From positions 960,001 through 1,024,000 of the forward strand of contig OZ243972.1 in NCBI GenBank assembly GCA_965214705.1: a stretch of DNA of 64,000 bases. The letters are read 5' to 3'. The position numbers were made by a program, and so were the translations under genes. Positions within the stretch are counted from its first letter, which is position 1; the number at the start of each line of letters is the position of its first letter. Under the pieces are notes generated by a model. It did no database searches. It saw nothing but the letters and a program-made list of their open reading frames with translations, and was not told where the DNA came from. Positions 12,398 through 23,672 of this stretch are shown one piece after another. This DNA is from Alphaproteobacteria bacterium (GTDB lineage: Bacteria > Pseudomonadota > Alphaproteobacteria > UBA828).

Positions 12398-12979
12398 ATG
12401 GAATGGCGCCATGCAGCAGAAAGGGGAGCGCACCCGGAGGCAGAAGAGCCGCCGGTCCGCGTGTGCGAGCATCCCGACTGCGACCGTGAGGCCGACCACC
12501 GCGCCCCGCGGGCGCCCCACGATCTCCGCTCCTGGCGCTGGTTCTGCCTCGACCACGTGCGCGACTACAACCGCTCGTGGAACTTCTTTGCGGGCTGGAG
12601 CCAGCACGACATCGAGCGCTTTCAGCACGACGACGTAACCGGGCACCGCCCCACCTGGCCATTCTGCCAGGGCCCAGGCGGGCGCGGGCGGGAAGACCTG
12701 GAGGCGGCGTTCCGCGCCTTCTCGCGCGAATGGCTGAACGGCGAGGAAGCCCCAAATGGAAGAAGGCGGACGGGCGCGGAAACGATCTCCGAGGCCAGAC
12801 TCGAAGCGCTCGCGCTCTTCGACCTCGCGCCGCCCTTCGACCTCGACGCGCTCAAGCGGCGCTACAAGTCCCTGGTCAAGCGGCACCATCCCGATGCCAA
12901 CGGGGGCTCGCGCGAATCCGAGGAGCTTTTGAAACACATCAATCACGCCTATAACTACCTGAAGAAGGAGTGCTCATAG
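12398..12979 (+). CDS. DnaJ-domain protein (N-terminal Cys/His motif, C-terminal J domain) upstream of cobS
   Basis: CEHPDC..RAP..WFCLDHVRDYNRSWNFF, HRPTW, HHPDANGG. Confidence 0.88.
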   Translation: MEWRHAAERGAHPEAEEPPVRVCEHPDCDREADHRAPRAPHDLRSWRWFCLDHVRDYNRSWNFFAGWSQHDIERFQHDDVTGHRPTWPFCQGPGGRGREDLEAAFRAFSREWLNGEEAPNGRRRTGAETISEARLEALALFDLAPPFDLDALKRRYKSLVKRHHPDANGGSRESEELLKHINHAYNYLKKECS

Positions 12980-13055
12980 ACGAAGGCGTTGTTGATCGGA
13001 TTGGCGCAGGAGTGGCCGCCGATGGCGGCCTTATTCGTGCGGAGGGAAGCGCGCA

Positions 13056-14057
13056 ATGCAAACTAGTGAGGTGGGGACGGCTGTCACCAATGACGGAGTG
13101 CCGGATATCCAGGTTTCCGTCAGCCAGACTTTCGGCATCGATACCGACATGGAGGTTCCGGCGTTTTCGGAGCCCACGGACCATGTGCCAGATATCGACA
13201 CCGCGTATCACTTCGACCGCGACACCACGCTGACCATTCTCGCAGGCTTCGCACACAACCGCCGGGTGATGATCCAGGGCTATCACGGCACCGGAAAATC
13301 CACCCACATCGAGCAAGTGGCAGCGCGGCTCAACTGGCCCTGCATTCGCATCAACCTCGACAGCCACATCAGCCGCATCGACCTGATCGGCAAAGACGCT
13401 ATCGTGATTCGCGACGGGGTACAGGTGACCGAGTTTCGCGAAGGCCTGCTGCCCTGGGCGCTGCAACACCCGACGGCGCTGGTCTTCGACGAGTACGACG
13501 CCGGCCGGCCGGACGTGATGTTCGTGATCCAGCGCATCCTCGAGGTCGACGGCAAACTCACCCTGCTCGACCAAAACCGGGTGGTGCGGCCGCATCCCGC
13601 CTTCCGCATCTTCTCCACCACCAACACCGTCGGCCTCGGCGATACGACGGGCCTCTATCACGGCACGCAGCAGATCAACCAGGGCCAAATGGACCGCTGG
13701 AACCTGGTCGCGACGCTGAACTACCTCCCCCACGACGATGAGGTGAAGATCGTGCTGTCGAAGGTGCCTTCCTACGAGAAGGAGGAGAAGCTCAAGCTGA
13801 TCCACGCGATGGTGGAGGTGGCGGCGCTTTCCCGATCAGGCTTCATGGCCGGCGACGTCTCCACCGTCATGTCGCCGCGCACGGTCATCCACTGGGCCGA
13901 GAACGCCGAGATCTTCGGCGACGTGGGCTACGCCTTCCGCACGACTTTCGTGAACAAGTGCGATGAGATGGAGCGGCCGATCATCGCCGAGTACTTCCAG
14001 CGCTGCCTCGGCATGGAGCTTCCGGAGTCGTCGGCGCCGCTGCAGCCGACCGCCTGA
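13056..14057 (+). CDS. cobS: Cobaltochelatase subunit CobS (AAA+)
   Basis: GYHGTGKSTHIEQVAARLNWP, FDEYDAGRPDVMF, NQGQMDRW. Confidence 0.96.
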   Translation: MQTSEVGTAVTNDGVPDIQVSVSQTFGIDTDMEVPAFSEPTDHVPDIDTAYHFDRDTTLTILAGFAHNRRVMIQGYHGTGKSTHIEQVAARLNWPCIRINLDSHISRIDLIGKDAIVIRDGVQVTEFREGLLPWALQHPTALVFDEYDAGRPDVMFVIQRILEVDGKLTLLDQNRVVRPHPAFRIFSTTNTVGLGDTTGLYHGTQQINQGQMDRWNLVATLNYLPHDDEVKIVLSKVPSYEKEEKLKLIHAMVEVAALSRSGFMAGDVSTVMSPRTVIHWAENAEIFGDVGYAFRTTFVNKCDEMERPIIAEYFQRCLGMELPESSAPLQPTA

Positions 14058-14072
14058 GCCGGAGCACGCCGC

Positions 14073-15944
14073 GTGGCCCAGGAGGAAACCCCCGTCGAGA
14101 CCTTCCAGCGCGCCGTCGGCTCGGCGCTGCGGGCCATTGCGGGCGAGGGGGGCGAGGAACTTCAGGTTTCCTTCGGCGCGGATCAGCCGCAAGTCGCGGG
14201 CGATCAGGTTCAGCTTCCCTTCCCCGCGCGCGATCTCAACGCGCTCGACGTGGAACTGGTGCGCGGCTCGGCCGATGCGCTGGCGCTTCGGCTCCGCTAT
14301 CACGACCAGGGCGCCCATGTGCGCGAGCAGCCGCGCGGCAAAACGGCGCGGGCGATCTACGACGCGATCGAGCAGACACGGGTCGAGGCACTAGGCGCCG
14401 GCCGACTGGCCGGGGTGGCGGCCAACCTCGATTCAGCGCTGGAGCAGCGCTGCCGGCGCAAGGGCTACGACCACTGCACGGCGCCGGAAGAGGTGCCGGT
14501 CGCCGAAGCGCTCGCCATGATCATGCGCGAGAAGCTCACCGGCCGGCACCTGCCGCAGTCGGCGCGCCATATGGCCGACCTTTGGCGCCCCTGGTTCGAG
14601 ACCAAGGGCGCCCGGCACACGACGCAGCTCGTGCGCGCAATTCACGACCAGGAGCAATTTTCCACTCTGTCCCGCCGCCTTATCAAGGAGCTGGATCTTC
14701 CCGACGAGGACGCCGAAGACCCGGACGACGCCGAGGACCAGTCGAGCCCCGAGCAGACCGACGACGACGACGCGAGCCAGCCCAGCGACGCGGAGCGCGG
14801 CGACGAGATGGATGCGGACAGCGACCGGGAGGCGGATGTCGACGCGGACGCGGATGCCGAGGCGCAGGAGGCATCCGACGAAGACGCCGACGCCTCCATG
14901 AGCGAGGGCGAGGACGACGAGGAGGCTGGCCGCCGGCGCCTGCAGCCGGGAGGGGGACCGGGCGCCAAGGAGCCGCCCTACAAGGCGTACACCACACAGT
15001 TCGACGAGGTCATCAACGCCTCGGAGCTTTGCGATGCCGAGGAGCTGGCCCGGCTGCGCACCCAGCTCGACCAGCAACTCTCCCAACTGCACGGGGTCAT
15101 CAGCCGGCTCGCGAACCGGCTGCAGCGGCGCCTGCTCGCACGCCAGACCCGGTCGTGGGAGTTCGACCTCGAAGAGGGCCTGCTGGATACGGCGCGGCTC
15201 TCCCGCGTCGTCACCAACCCGCTCCATCCGCTCTCCTACAAGATGGAGAAGGAGACCTCTTTCCGGGACACGGTGGTGACTCTGCTCATCGACAATTCGG
15301 GCTCCATGCGCGGGCGGCCGATCATGGTGGCCGCCATGAGCGGCGACATCCTGGCGCGGACGCTGGAACGCTGCGGCGTTAAGGTAGAGATCCTGGGCTT
15401 TACCACGCGCGCCTGGAAAGGCGGCCAGTCGCGCGAGCGCTGGCTGGCGGAAGGACGCTCGCGCAATCCGGGGCGCCTCAACGACCTCCGCCACATCATC
15501 TACAAGAACGCCGACGAGCCCTGGCGCCGGGCGCGGAAGAGCCTCGGCCTCATGCTGCGCGAGGGCCTGCTCAAGGAGAACATCGACGGCGAGGCGCTGC
15601 TCTGGGCCCACGAGCGCCTGCTCGGCCGGTCCGAGGAGCGACGCATTCTGATGGTGATCTCCGACGGCGCGCCGGTCGACGACAGCACGCTCTCGGTCAA
15701 CGCACGCAACTATCTGGAGCGCCACCTGCGCTCGGTCATCGACTGGGTCGAGACCTTCTCGCCGGTCCAATTGCTTGCCATCGGCATCGGGCACGACGTG
15801 ACGCGCTACTACCGCCGCGCCGTCACGCTTACCGATGCGGAGCAGCTCGGCGGCACCATGACCGAAAAACTCGCCGAGCTCTTCGACGAGCAGCCGCGCG
15901 ACGAGCGCGCCTTCGAAACCCGCCCGCGCCTCAGAAGCGCCTAG
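14073..15944 (+). CDS. cobT: Cobaltochelatase subunit CobT (vWA domain, acidic linker)
   Basis: [51 protein letters not shown]. Confidence 0.96.
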   Translation: MAQEETPVETFQRAVGSALRAIAGEGGEELQVSFGADQPQVAGDQVQLPFPARDLNALDVELVRGSADALALRLRYHDQGAHVREQPRGKTARAIYDAIEQTRVEALGAGRLAGVAANLDSALEQRCRRKGYDHCTAPEEVPVAEALAMIMREKLTGRHLPQSARHMADLWRPWFETKGARHTTQLVRAIHDQEQFSTLSRRLIKELDLPDEDAEDPDDAEDQSSPEQTDDDDASQPSDAERGDEMDADSDREADVDADADAEAQEASDEDADASMSEGEDDEEAGRRRLQPGGGPGAKEPPYKAYTTQFDEVINASELCDAEELARLRTQLDQQLSQLHGVISRLANRLQRRLLARQTRSWEFDLEEGLLDTARLSRVVTNPLHPLSYKMEKETSFRDTVVTLLIDNSGSMRGRPIMVAAMSGDILARTLERCGVKVEILGFTTRAWKGGQSRERWLAEGRSRNPGRLNDLRHIIYKNADEPWRRARKSLGLMLREGLLKENIDGEALLWAHERLLGRSEERRILMVISDGAPVDDSTLSVNARNYLERHLRSVIDWVETFSPVQLLAIGIGHDVTRYYRRAVTLTDAEQLGGTMTEKLAELFDEQPRDERAFETRPRLRSA

Positions 15945-15956
15945 CCGCCGTCCTTC

Positions 15957-16721
15957 TCACATGAGGTGGGCCGCGAAGAAGTCCAGGGTGCGCTGCCAGG
16001 ACAGCGCGGCGTCCTCCTCGTCGTAGCGGGCGCTGGTCGGGTTGGCGAAGCCGTGATCGGCCTCGTACCAGTGGTTCTCGGCGCTCTTGCCGGCTGCCGC
16101 CATCTCCGCCTCGAAGCCGTCTACCATCTCCTGGTTGATCCACCTGTCACGGGTGGCGAAGTGACCCAGCACCGGCCCAGCCAAGGAAGCGAGCTGCTCC
16201 CGCGTCCTCTTCACGTTGCCGTAGTAGACGATGGTGGCGTCGACCGGCGCCGCAAGCGAGGCATTGAGCGACCAGCGGCCGCCGAAGCACCAGCCCACGG
16301 TGCCGACTTTGCCGCTGCCGCTCTCGTGGTTCCGGAGCCAGTCGATCCATGAAGCGCAGGTGTCGGTGGCGGCCTGCGGCCGGACCCCCGTCGCCAGCTC
16401 CCGCGCCACGGCAGGATCGGCGGTGACGTTGCCGTCGTAGAGGTCGATGGCGAGCGCCAGATAGCCGGCGTCCGCCAGCGCGGCGGCGACCGACTTGATC
16501 TGATCGTTTAGCCCCCACCACTCGTGCACCAGCATGACGGCCGGCGCCGGCAGCGCGGCGGAGACGCCGAGTGCCGCCGAGACGGAGCGGCCGCCGGCGG
16601 TGGTGATGGTGACGGTCTCAAGGCTGTCGGCGGCGGCGCGGGCAAGCCGCCGGTCGGCGAGGACTGCCGCGAGCGGCAGCCCGGCGAGGCCGATGAGGAG
16701 GTCACGTCTTGCGAGTCCCAT
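15957..16721 (-). CDS. Dienelactone hydrolase family protein, probable Tat export
   Basis: RRDLL N-terminus, HEWWGLN, GWCFGG nucleophile motif, HGFANP. Confidence 0.9.
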   Translation of the reverse strand: MGLARRDLLIGLAGLPLAAVLADRRLARAAADSLETVTITTAGGRSVSAALGVSAALPAPAVMLVHEWWGLNDQIKSVAAALADAGYLALAIDLYDGNVTADPAVARELATGVRPQAATDTCASWIDWLRNHESGSGKVGTVGWCFGGRWSLNASLAAPVDATIVYYGNVKRTREQLASLAGPVLGHFATRDRWINQEMVDGFEAEMAAAGKSAENHWYEADHGFANPTSARYDEEDAALSWQRTLDFFAAHLM

Positions 16722-16864
16722 GGCGCGTCGTCCTCCGTTGCGATGTGAGAGCGATCATGGTCGGGCGCGCGCGGCTCCGACGCAAGGCGTTATCGGGACG
16801 GGCCCCTCGCTTTCTCCGCCGGACCGCTCCCTGTATCCTCGCGCGGCTTCAGCGGAGGAGGACC

Positions 16865-18592
16865 ATGGCGAGCACGATCCAGGCGCGAAAGACCAGACGT
16901 CGGCAATGGGCCGGCGCAGATCCCGCGCAGCGGCGGGACCTGGCGAACCGCGCCTACACCGGCGGGGATGCGCTGGTCGCGACCCTTCTCGAACACGGCG
17001 TCGATACCGCGTTCGGCGTGCCGGGCGAGAGCTACCTCGCCGTGCTGGAGGCGCTGCGGGCGGTGCAGGAGCGGCTGCACTTCGTCATTACGCGCCACGA
17101 ATCCGGCGCCACCTTCGCCGCCTGCGCCTACGCCCGACTGGCGCGCAAGCCGGGCGTCGCCTTCGTGACTCGCGGGCCCGGCGCCACCAATGGGTCCATC
17201 GGCATCCACACCGCGCGCCAGGATTCGGTGCCGCTCGTGCTCTTCATCGGCCAGGTCCCGTCGGATCAGCGGGGCCGCGAGTCTTTTCAGGAGATCGATT
17301 ACCACCGCATGCTGGGGCCGATGACCAAGGCGGTGTTCGAGCCCCACACGCCACACGAGGTTGCCGCAGCAGCGGCGGAAGCCTTCGCCATTGCCGTCGA
17401 CGGCAGGCCAGGGCCGGTCGCGGTGGCGCTGCCCGAGGACGTGACCGAAGGCGAGACCGACGATACACCGGTGCCGCAGCCCCGCGCGCGCCGCGCCGTG
17501 CTGCCAGCGCCGGACGACATCCGCGCTATCGCCGAGCGGATCGCGCAAGCCGAGCGTCCCGTCGCGATCGCTGGGGAGATGGTGGGGTTCGAAGGCGCCA
17601 ACGAGGCGCTGGCCAAATTCGCCGAGGCCCATGGCGTGGGTGTGTTCAGCTCATTCCGCCAGCAGGGGGTGGTGCCGTGCGCGCATCCTGCCTTTCTGGG
17701 GACGCTCGGGCTTGCGCTTCCGCCTTATCAGGAGGCCCTGCTGGCCGAGGCGGACCTCGTGCTCGCACTCGGCACCCGGCTCGACCTCGCCACGACGGTC
17801 GATGACCGCGTGATCCACGAGGCCCGTTTCGTGATCCACGTCTATCCGGACGCGGACGCGCTGGCCGCCGCCGGAGCCGGCCTGCAGGTCTGCTCGGATA
17901 TCGCGCCCGTGCTGGACGGCCTCGTCGCTGCCGCGCCGGAAGCTCCGCCTGCCTCCCGCAGCGCCTGGCGCGCGGCGCAGCGTTCGGTGTTCGACGGGTT
18001 CCGACGGGAGTCCGCCGGGTCCGCACTCGGCACGGTCGATCTCGCCGCCGTGGTCCAGACCCTCGCCGAGCGGGTGCCGCAGGACGCCACCATCGTCAAC
18101 GACGCCGGTAACTTTGCAACCTGGCTGCTGCGCCACTTCCCCTACGAGCATCCGCTGGCCCAGGCCGCACCGTCGGTCGGCGCGATGGGTTACGGCGTGC
18201 CCGGCGCCATTGGCGCCCAGCTTGCAAGGCCCGGCAAGCGGGTGGTGGCGCTGGCCGGCGACGGCGGTTTCGGCATGACTGGGCAGGAGCTGATCACGGC
18301 GGTCGGCAATCGGCTCCCGATCGTCGTGCTGGTCTGCGACAACGGCATCTACGGCACCATCGCCATGCACCAGTACAACCGCTACGGAGCCGATGCGACC
18401 TATGGCGTCGCCCTCCACAGCCCCGATTTCGCGGCCGCCGCGCGCGCCTGGGGCGCGGACGCCTGGACGGTCGAGACCACCGAGGCTTTCGCGCCGGCCC
18501 TGGAGGGGGCGCTGGCCGCCGAAGGCCCGGCGCTGATCCACCTCAAGACCGACATACGCGACCTCGCGGCCTCGGGCGCCAAGATGCAGTGA
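16865..18592 (+). CDS. Thiamine-pyrophosphate-dependent enzyme (acetolactate synthase-like)
   Basis: FGVPGESYL, RHESGA, VTRGPGATN, GDGGF...DNG TPP motif. ATG at 16865 after GGAGGAG. Confidence 0.9.
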   Translation: MASTIQARKTRRRQWAGADPAQRRDLANRAYTGGDALVATLLEHGVDTAFGVPGESYLAVLEALRAVQERLHFVITRHESGATFAACAYARLARKPGVAFVTRGPGATNGSIGIHTARQDSVPLVLFIGQVPSDQRGRESFQEIDYHRMLGPMTKAVFEPHTPHEVAAAAAEAFAIAVDGRPGPVAVALPEDVTEGETDDTPVPQPRARRAVLPAPDDIRAIAERIAQAERPVAIAGEMVGFEGANEALAKFAEAHGVGVFSSFRQQGVVPCAHPAFLGTLGLALPPYQEALLAEADLVLALGTRLDLATTVDDRVIHEARFVIHVYPDADALAAAGAGLQVCSDIAPVLDGLVAAAPEAPPASRSAWRAAQRSVFDGFRRESAGSALGTVDLAAVVQTLAERVPQDATIVNDAGNFATWLLRHFPYEHPLAQAAPSVGAMGYGVPGAIGAQLARPGKRVVALAGDGGFGMTGQELITAVGNRLPIVVLVCDNGIYGTIAMHQYNRYGADATYGVALHSPDFAAAARAWGADAWTVETTEAFAPALEGALAAEGPALIHLKTDIRDLAASGAKMQ

Positions 18593-18594
18593 CC

Positions 18595-19818
18595 ATGGCC
18601 GCCGGCCACGACGAGACGGACGACGCGACCGAAGATGGCGAGGATAGCCCGGCGACCGAGGGGGCGCCGGTCGAAGCCCATGTTCTAAGCTCCATCACGC
18701 AGGTGGATGCGGACGCCTGGGATCGCTGCGCCGGCCCCGACAACCCCTTCGTGCGCCACGCCTTCCTGTCCGCGCTGGAAGAGAGCGGCTCGAGCACGGG
18801 CGAGACCGGCTGGCAACCCCGGCACATCGTTCTCAAGACCCCGCAAGGCGCCGTCCTCGGCGCCGTCCCGATGTATCTCAAGAACCATTCCTACGGCGAG
18901 TACGTCTTCGACCACGGCTGGGCTGACGCGTTCGAGCGGGCCGGCGGGCGCTACTACCCCAAGCTCCAGGTCTCGGTTCCGTTCACGCCGGTGACAGGGC
19001 CGCGCCTGCTAACCCCGCCGGGACCGGGCGCGGAAGCGGTGCGGACGGCGCTGCTTTCCACCTGCGTCGGCATTTGCGACCAGATCGGCGTGTCTTCGGT
19101 GCACATCACCTTCCCCACCGAGGACGAGTTCGACCTGATGGGCGAGGCCGGGCTCCTGCAACGGACGGGCATCCAGTTCCACTGGCTCAACGAGGGCTAT
19201 GGGAGCTTCGACGACTTCCTCGCGAGCCTCGCCTCGCGCAAGCGCAAGCAGATCCGCAAGGAGCGGCAGGCAGTGGCAGACTCCGGCCTCACGATCATGG
19301 CGCTGACGGGCGACGAGATCGAGGAGCGTCACTGGGACGCCTTCTTCGCCTTCTACCAGGCGACCGGCAGCCGCAAGTGGGGGGTGCCCTACCTCACGCG
19401 CGAATTCTTCAGCCTGCTGGGCGAGCGGATGTCCGACGCGGTGGTGCTGGTGATGGTGGAGCGCGAGGGCCGCCCCATCGCGGGCGCACTCAATCTGGCG
19501 GGCTCGGATGCGCTCTACGGCCGCAACTGGGGCTGTGTCGAGGAGCACCGCTTCCTGCACTTCGAGGCCTGCTACTACCGCGCCATCGACTACGCCATCG
19601 CCCACGGGCTCAAGCGGGTCGAGGCCGGCGCCCAAGGGCCGCACAAGCTTGCGCGCGGCTACCTGCCGGTGCCCACCTATTCCGCGCACTGGGTCGCCAA
19701 CGAGAGCCTGCGCGATGCGGTCGCCCACTACCTCGATCACGAGACCCGGGAGATCGACCGCGAGATCGCCGTGCTGGAGCGGCACGGCCCCTTCCGCCAG
19801 AGCGACGACGCGGCCTGA
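18595..19818 (+). CDS. GNAT-like N-acetyltransferase (DUF482/FemAB-like)
   Basis: HSYGEYVFDHGWADA, YYPKL..VPFTPV, LYGRNWG, LHFEACYY, EAGAQG.HKL.RGY. Confidence 0.9.
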   Translation: MAAGHDETDDATEDGEDSPATEGAPVEAHVLSSITQVDADAWDRCAGPDNPFVRHAFLSALEESGSSTGETGWQPRHIVLKTPQGAVLGAVPMYLKNHSYGEYVFDHGWADAFERAGGRYYPKLQVSVPFTPVTGPRLLTPPGPGAEAVRTALLSTCVGICDQIGVSSVHITFPTEDEFDLMGEAGLLQRTGIQFHWLNEGYGSFDDFLASLASRKRKQIRKERQAVADSGLTIMALTGDEIEERHWDAFFAFYQATGSRKWGVPYLTREFFSLLGERMSDAVVLVMVEREGRPIAGALNLAGSDALYGRNWGCVEEHRFLHFEACYYRAIDYAIAHGLKRVEAGAQGPHKLARGYLPVPTYSAHWVANESLRDAVAHYLDHETREIDREIAVLERHGPFRQSDDAA

Positions 19819-19903
19819 GCGGGGGCGCCGCATCGCTTGCGCGCGGCACCGCTCAGCCCCAAGATCGCCCGCGCAATAACCGCCGCGCCTGAGGAGAAAC
19901 CGG

Positions 19904-21253
19904 ATGGACGCCCCCAATCTCGACGCGCTGACCCGCGACGCGCTCGACTACTACCTGTTCCCGCTCGCGACCAAGCAGGACATGCGCACGGACGGTCCGA
20001 TGATCTTCTCCAGCGCCGAAGGGATGGAGATCACCGACGCAGGCGGCAAGACCTACCTCGACATGATGAGCACCCAGACCAGGGCGAGCTCGCTCGGCTA
20101 CGGGCAGGAGCGCATCGCGCGTGCGATTTACGACCAGCTGATGTCGCTCCACTACGCCGGCACCTTCGCCAATGTCGCCGACACGACCATCCGGCTCTCG
20201 GCCAAAATCGCCGATCTCGCGCCCGGCTCGCTGACCGCGACGGTGTTCGCCGGCAGCGGGTCGGAGGCGAACGAAATGTCGATCAAGCTCGCCAAGCAGT
20301 ATCACGCGGCCAAGGGCGACAAGCCGCGCGCGCACAAGATCATCTCGCGCTGGGACTCCTATCACGGCGCCACCATGGGCGTGATCGGCAGCACCGACTA
20401 TCTCGGCACCCGCGCCATCACCGAGCCCGGCGTGCCCGGCTTCAGCCGTATCCCGGCGCCGAACCTCTACCGCACGCCCTTCGGCATGGACCCCTCCGAA
20501 GTCTGCGATTTCTGCGTCGACTACCTGGAGCAGCACATCGTCCACGAGGGGCCGGAGACGGTGGCGGCCTTCATCGCTGAGCCGGTGATGCAAGGCGACG
20601 GCGTGCAGGTGCCGCCCGACGACTATTTCCCTCGCGTGCGGGAGGTCTGCGACAAGTACGACGTGCTGCTGATCGGCGACGAGGTGATCTGCGGCTTCGG
20701 CCGCACCGGGCGCTGGTTCGCGCTGGAGCATTGGGGCGTCGAGTGCGACATCATGAGCACGGCGAAGGCGATCACCGCAGGCTACTTCCCGCTCGGTGCG
20801 TCGACGGCGAGCCGCAAGGTGGCCGACGCGCTCCCGGTGTTCACCCACGTGCAGACCTACAACGGCCACCCCGGCGCCTGCGCTGCGGCGCTCGCCACCA
20901 TCGACATTCTGGAGAGCGACAACCTGATCGAGCGCGGGGCCGAGACCGGCGCTTACTTCCTCGACCGGATGCAGCGGCTGCTCGAGCTCCCCATCGTCGG
21001 CGACGTGCGCGGGCTCGGCATGTGGACCTGCATCGACTTCACCTGCGACAAGAAGACCAAGGCGCCGTTCACCGACGACACGGTGAAGGCGATTACGCGG
21101 CGCATGGCCGATCTCGGCGTGCTCGGCGGCGAGGAGGGCACGGCGATCGAGTTCGGGCCGGCGCTCATCGCGACGCGAGAGATGGTGGATCGCTGCGTCG
21201 ATGTGGCGGAGCAGGCGATCCGTGAGGTGATGGCGGACCGCAACCTCGGCTGA
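19904..21253 (+). CDS. Class III PLP aminotransferase
   Basis: SGSEANE, SYHGAT, AFIAEPV, DEVICGFGRTG, TAKAITAGY. Confidence 0.92.
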   Translation: MDAPNLDALTRDALDYYLFPLATKQDMRTDGPMIFSSAEGMEITDAGGKTYLDMMSTQTRASSLGYGQERIARAIYDQLMSLHYAGTFANVADTTIRLSAKIADLAPGSLTATVFAGSGSEANEMSIKLAKQYHAAKGDKPRAHKIISRWDSYHGATMGVIGSTDYLGTRAITEPGVPGFSRIPAPNLYRTPFGMDPSEVCDFCVDYLEQHIVHEGPETVAAFIAEPVMQGDGVQVPPDDYFPRVREVCDKYDVLLIGDEVICGFGRTGRWFALEHWGVECDIMSTAKAITAGYFPLGASTASRKVADALPVFTHVQTYNGHPGACAAALATIDILESDNLIERGAETGAYFLDRMQRLLELPIVGDVRGLGMWTCIDFTCDKKTKAPFTDDTVKAITRRMADLGVLGGEEGTAIEFGPALIATREMVDRCVDVAEQAIREVMADRNLG

Positions 21254-21289
21254 CCGAAGCCGGCCCACTGCGGCTTCAAGCCGCGGGGA

Positions 21290-22687
21290 TCAATCCAGGA
21301 TCACGCCGGGGTTGAGGATGCCCGTGGGGTCGAGGGCGCGCTTGAGCGTGCGCATCAGCGCGATCTCTTCCGCCGTGCGCGCGAGCGGCAGGTAGGCGCG
21401 CTTCATCACGCCGATGCCGTGCTCGGCGCTGATGCTGCCCGCACGGCCGTGTACGGCGCCGTAGATCGCGTCGGCCAGCGCGGACTCCATGGCGAGAAAG
21501 TCTTCGTCCGCGAGTCCAGGCTCTTGCGCCATGTTGACGTGAACGTTGCCATCGCCGAGATGGCCGAACAGCACCACCCGCACGCCCGCGAACCCCTCGG
21601 CCAGCGTCTCCATCTCGCCGAGGAAGGCGGGGATCACGCCGGGCGGCACCGTCACGTCGAACTTGTGGGTGAGCCCGCGGCGGCTCACGGCCTCGGTCGG
21701 CGCCTCGCGCACGCGCCAGATCGCCCGCGCCTGCGCCTCCGAGCCCGCGACCACGGCGTCGGCGATCAGCCCGTCGGCCAGCAGGCTCTCCAGCCCGGTG
21801 GCGAAGGCCTCGCCCGCCGCCTCGCCCGATGCGGATTCCTCCTCGATCACGACGAGGCTTTCGTGATCGCCGTCGAGCGGGATGCGCAGCTCCAGGTCTT
21901 CCGCCTTCACGTAGGCCACGGTCTTTCCGTCGATGAACTCCAGCGAAGAGAGGCGAGGGAAGCGCGCCCGCGCCGCCTGCAGCAGGGCGGGTAGGAGTTC
22001 GCGGCGGACGAGCCCGGCGAGCGCGGTCTGAAACGCCTCGGGCGCGGGCTGCACCTGCAGCACGGCGCGGGTGATAACGCCCAGCGTCCCCTCCGAGCCG
22101 ATGAAGACCTGCTTGAGATCGAGGCCGGTGTTGTTCTTCTTCAGGACGTTGAGGCCGCTCACCACGGTGCCGTCGGCGAGCACGACCTCGAGGCCCCGCA
22201 CCTGCTCGCGCATGTGGCCGTAGCGGAGCACCTTCACTCCGCCAGCATTGGTGGCGATCATGCCGCCGATCTGGCATGACCCGCGGCCGCCGAGATCCAC
22301 CGGCATGTCGTAGCCGCGCTCGGCGAGGTAGCCCTGCAGCGTCTCCAGCACGACGCCGGCCTGGACCGTGACGGTGGCCGAGGCCTCGTCGAAGGCTTCG
22401 ATGGCGTTGAGCCGCTCGACGCTCAGCACCACCTCGCCCGCGCGCGGCACGCCGCCGCCGACCATGCCCGTATTGCCGGCCTGTGGCACCACGGGCACGT
22501 CGAGCTCGGTGCAGGCACTGAGCACCGCCGCCATCTCCTCGGTCGAGCGCGGGCGCACCACCAGCGGCGCCGTGCCGACGTACTTGCCGATCCAGTCCCT
22601 GGCGTAGCGGGCCGTGTCGGCGGGGTCATCGAGATAGAGCGCCGGGTCGCCGAGCCTCGCCCGCAGCCTCTCGTGAGGTGCCGTCAT
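21290..22687 (-). CDS. FAD-binding oxidoreductase (D-2-hydroxyglutarate/D-lactate dehydrogenase-like)
   Basis: PQAGNTGMVGG, IGGMIATNAGG, FIGSEGTLG, GHLGDGNVH, SAEHGIG, LNPG. Confidence 0.9.
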   Translation of the reverse strand: MTAPHERLRARLGDPALYLDDPADTARYARDWIGKYVGTAPLVVRPRSTEEMAAVLSACTELDVPVVPQAGNTGMVGGGVPRAGEVVLSVERLNAIEAFDEASATVTVQAGVVLETLQGYLAERGYDMPVDLGGRGSCQIGGMIATNAGGVKVLRYGHMREQVRGLEVVLADGTVVSGLNVLKKNNTGLDLKQVFIGSEGTLGVITRAVLQVQPAPEAFQTALAGLVRRELLPALLQAARARFPRLSSLEFIDGKTVAYVKAEDLELRIPLDGDHESLVVIEEESASGEAAGEAFATGLESLLADGLIADAVVAGSEAQARAIWRVREAPTEAVSRRGLTHKFDVTVPPGVIPAFLGEMETLAEGFAGVRVVLFGHLGDGNVHVNMAQEPGLADEDFLAMESALADAIYGAVHGRAGSISAEHGIGVMKRAYLPLARTAEEIALMRTLKRALDPTGILNPGVILD

Positions 22688-22765
22688 CGCGCACTCCGTT
22701 CGGCAGGGGTGCGGTTTTGCGGCACTATGGCGCGCAGGTCAAACGGCGGGGGCGGAGTGGAACGG

Positions 22766-23407
22766 ATGGGTGTCAAGGTGCTGTTTCTCGACTACGACGG
22801 CGTGATCGCCGACAGCATGGGGGCCAAGGCGGAGGCCTTGGCCGATGCCTTCGCGCCCTACACGGACGACCGCGCCGGGGTCGCTGACGGCTTCAGGCGC
22901 CACGCCGGGAGCGGCCGGGAGCTGATCTTCGACCGCATCTACGAGGACTTGATCGGCAAGCCGCTCGACGCGCCCACGCGCCAGCGCATCCTCGGCACGT
23001 TTCTCGACCGCATCGACGCGATCAACGCGGCCATCGGGCTCTTCCCCGGCGCCCACGCGTTTATCGAAGGCCAGGCAGCAAAGCGGCTCGTGGCGGTGGT
23101 GACGGGGGTGCCGCAGGAGGAGGCCGAGAGGCAGCTTGAGCGCCTGGGTCTCGCGCCGTTTCTCGCCTCGGTCCACGGAGCCACGCGCGGGACGCCGAAA
23201 CACATCCACATGGGGCGATTCCTGGAGGCCCGCGCCATTGCGCCTGCGGACGCGCTCTTCGTCGGCGATTCTCATGCCGACATGCGCGAGGCGGCGCTGG
23301 CCGACATCCCCTTCGTCGGCATCGGCGAGGCGGCGTTCTTCGCTCAAGGTGCGCCGCTCGCCGTGGTCCCCAGCCTGCCCGACCTCGCGCCGCTCATCGA
23401 CGGGTAA
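22766..23407 (+). CDS. HAD-family hydrolase/phosphatase
   Basis: FLDYDGVIADS motif I, FVGDSHAD motif IV. Confidence 0.85.
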   Translation: MGVKVLFLDYDGVIADSMGAKAEALADAFAPYTDDRAGVADGFRRHAGSGRELIFDRIYEDLIGKPLDAPTRQRILGTFLDRIDAINAAIGLFPGAHAFIEGQAAKRLVAVVTGVPQEEAERQLERLGLAPFLASVHGATRGTPKHIHMGRFLEARAIAPADALFVGDSHADMREAALADIPFVGIGEAAFFAQGAPLAVVPSLPDLAPLIDG

Positions 23408-23672
23408 CACCCGATTTCATGATCTGTCCCACAAAGAAATTTTGAACGAAGCCGCTACGCGGAGTTAGCGGCGTAGAGTTCATTCATTTCCGAGGCGTCG
23501 CGGGTGCCGTTTGTTCTGTGCGTTCGCTTCCCGGTTGCGTCAGTGGCGCTCCGCCCGTCGGGTGGCGGATCCCCAGCAGCCTCCCGATCACCAGTGGTTA
23601 GCATCGACCCCTGCGACGGACCGTCGCCGGATCGGTCCGGCGGCGCGCCGTCGCGATCCAGGGAGATCGATA

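Noticed and set aside
14700-14925. Asp/Glu-rich low-complexity stretch
   Set aside because: Normal acidic linker of CobT
13056-15944. cobS-cobT as evidence of a B12 biosynthesis cluster
   Set aside because: DnaJ-cobS-cobT is a common stand-alone locus in alphaproteobacteria. There is no cobN or other cob gene in the window.
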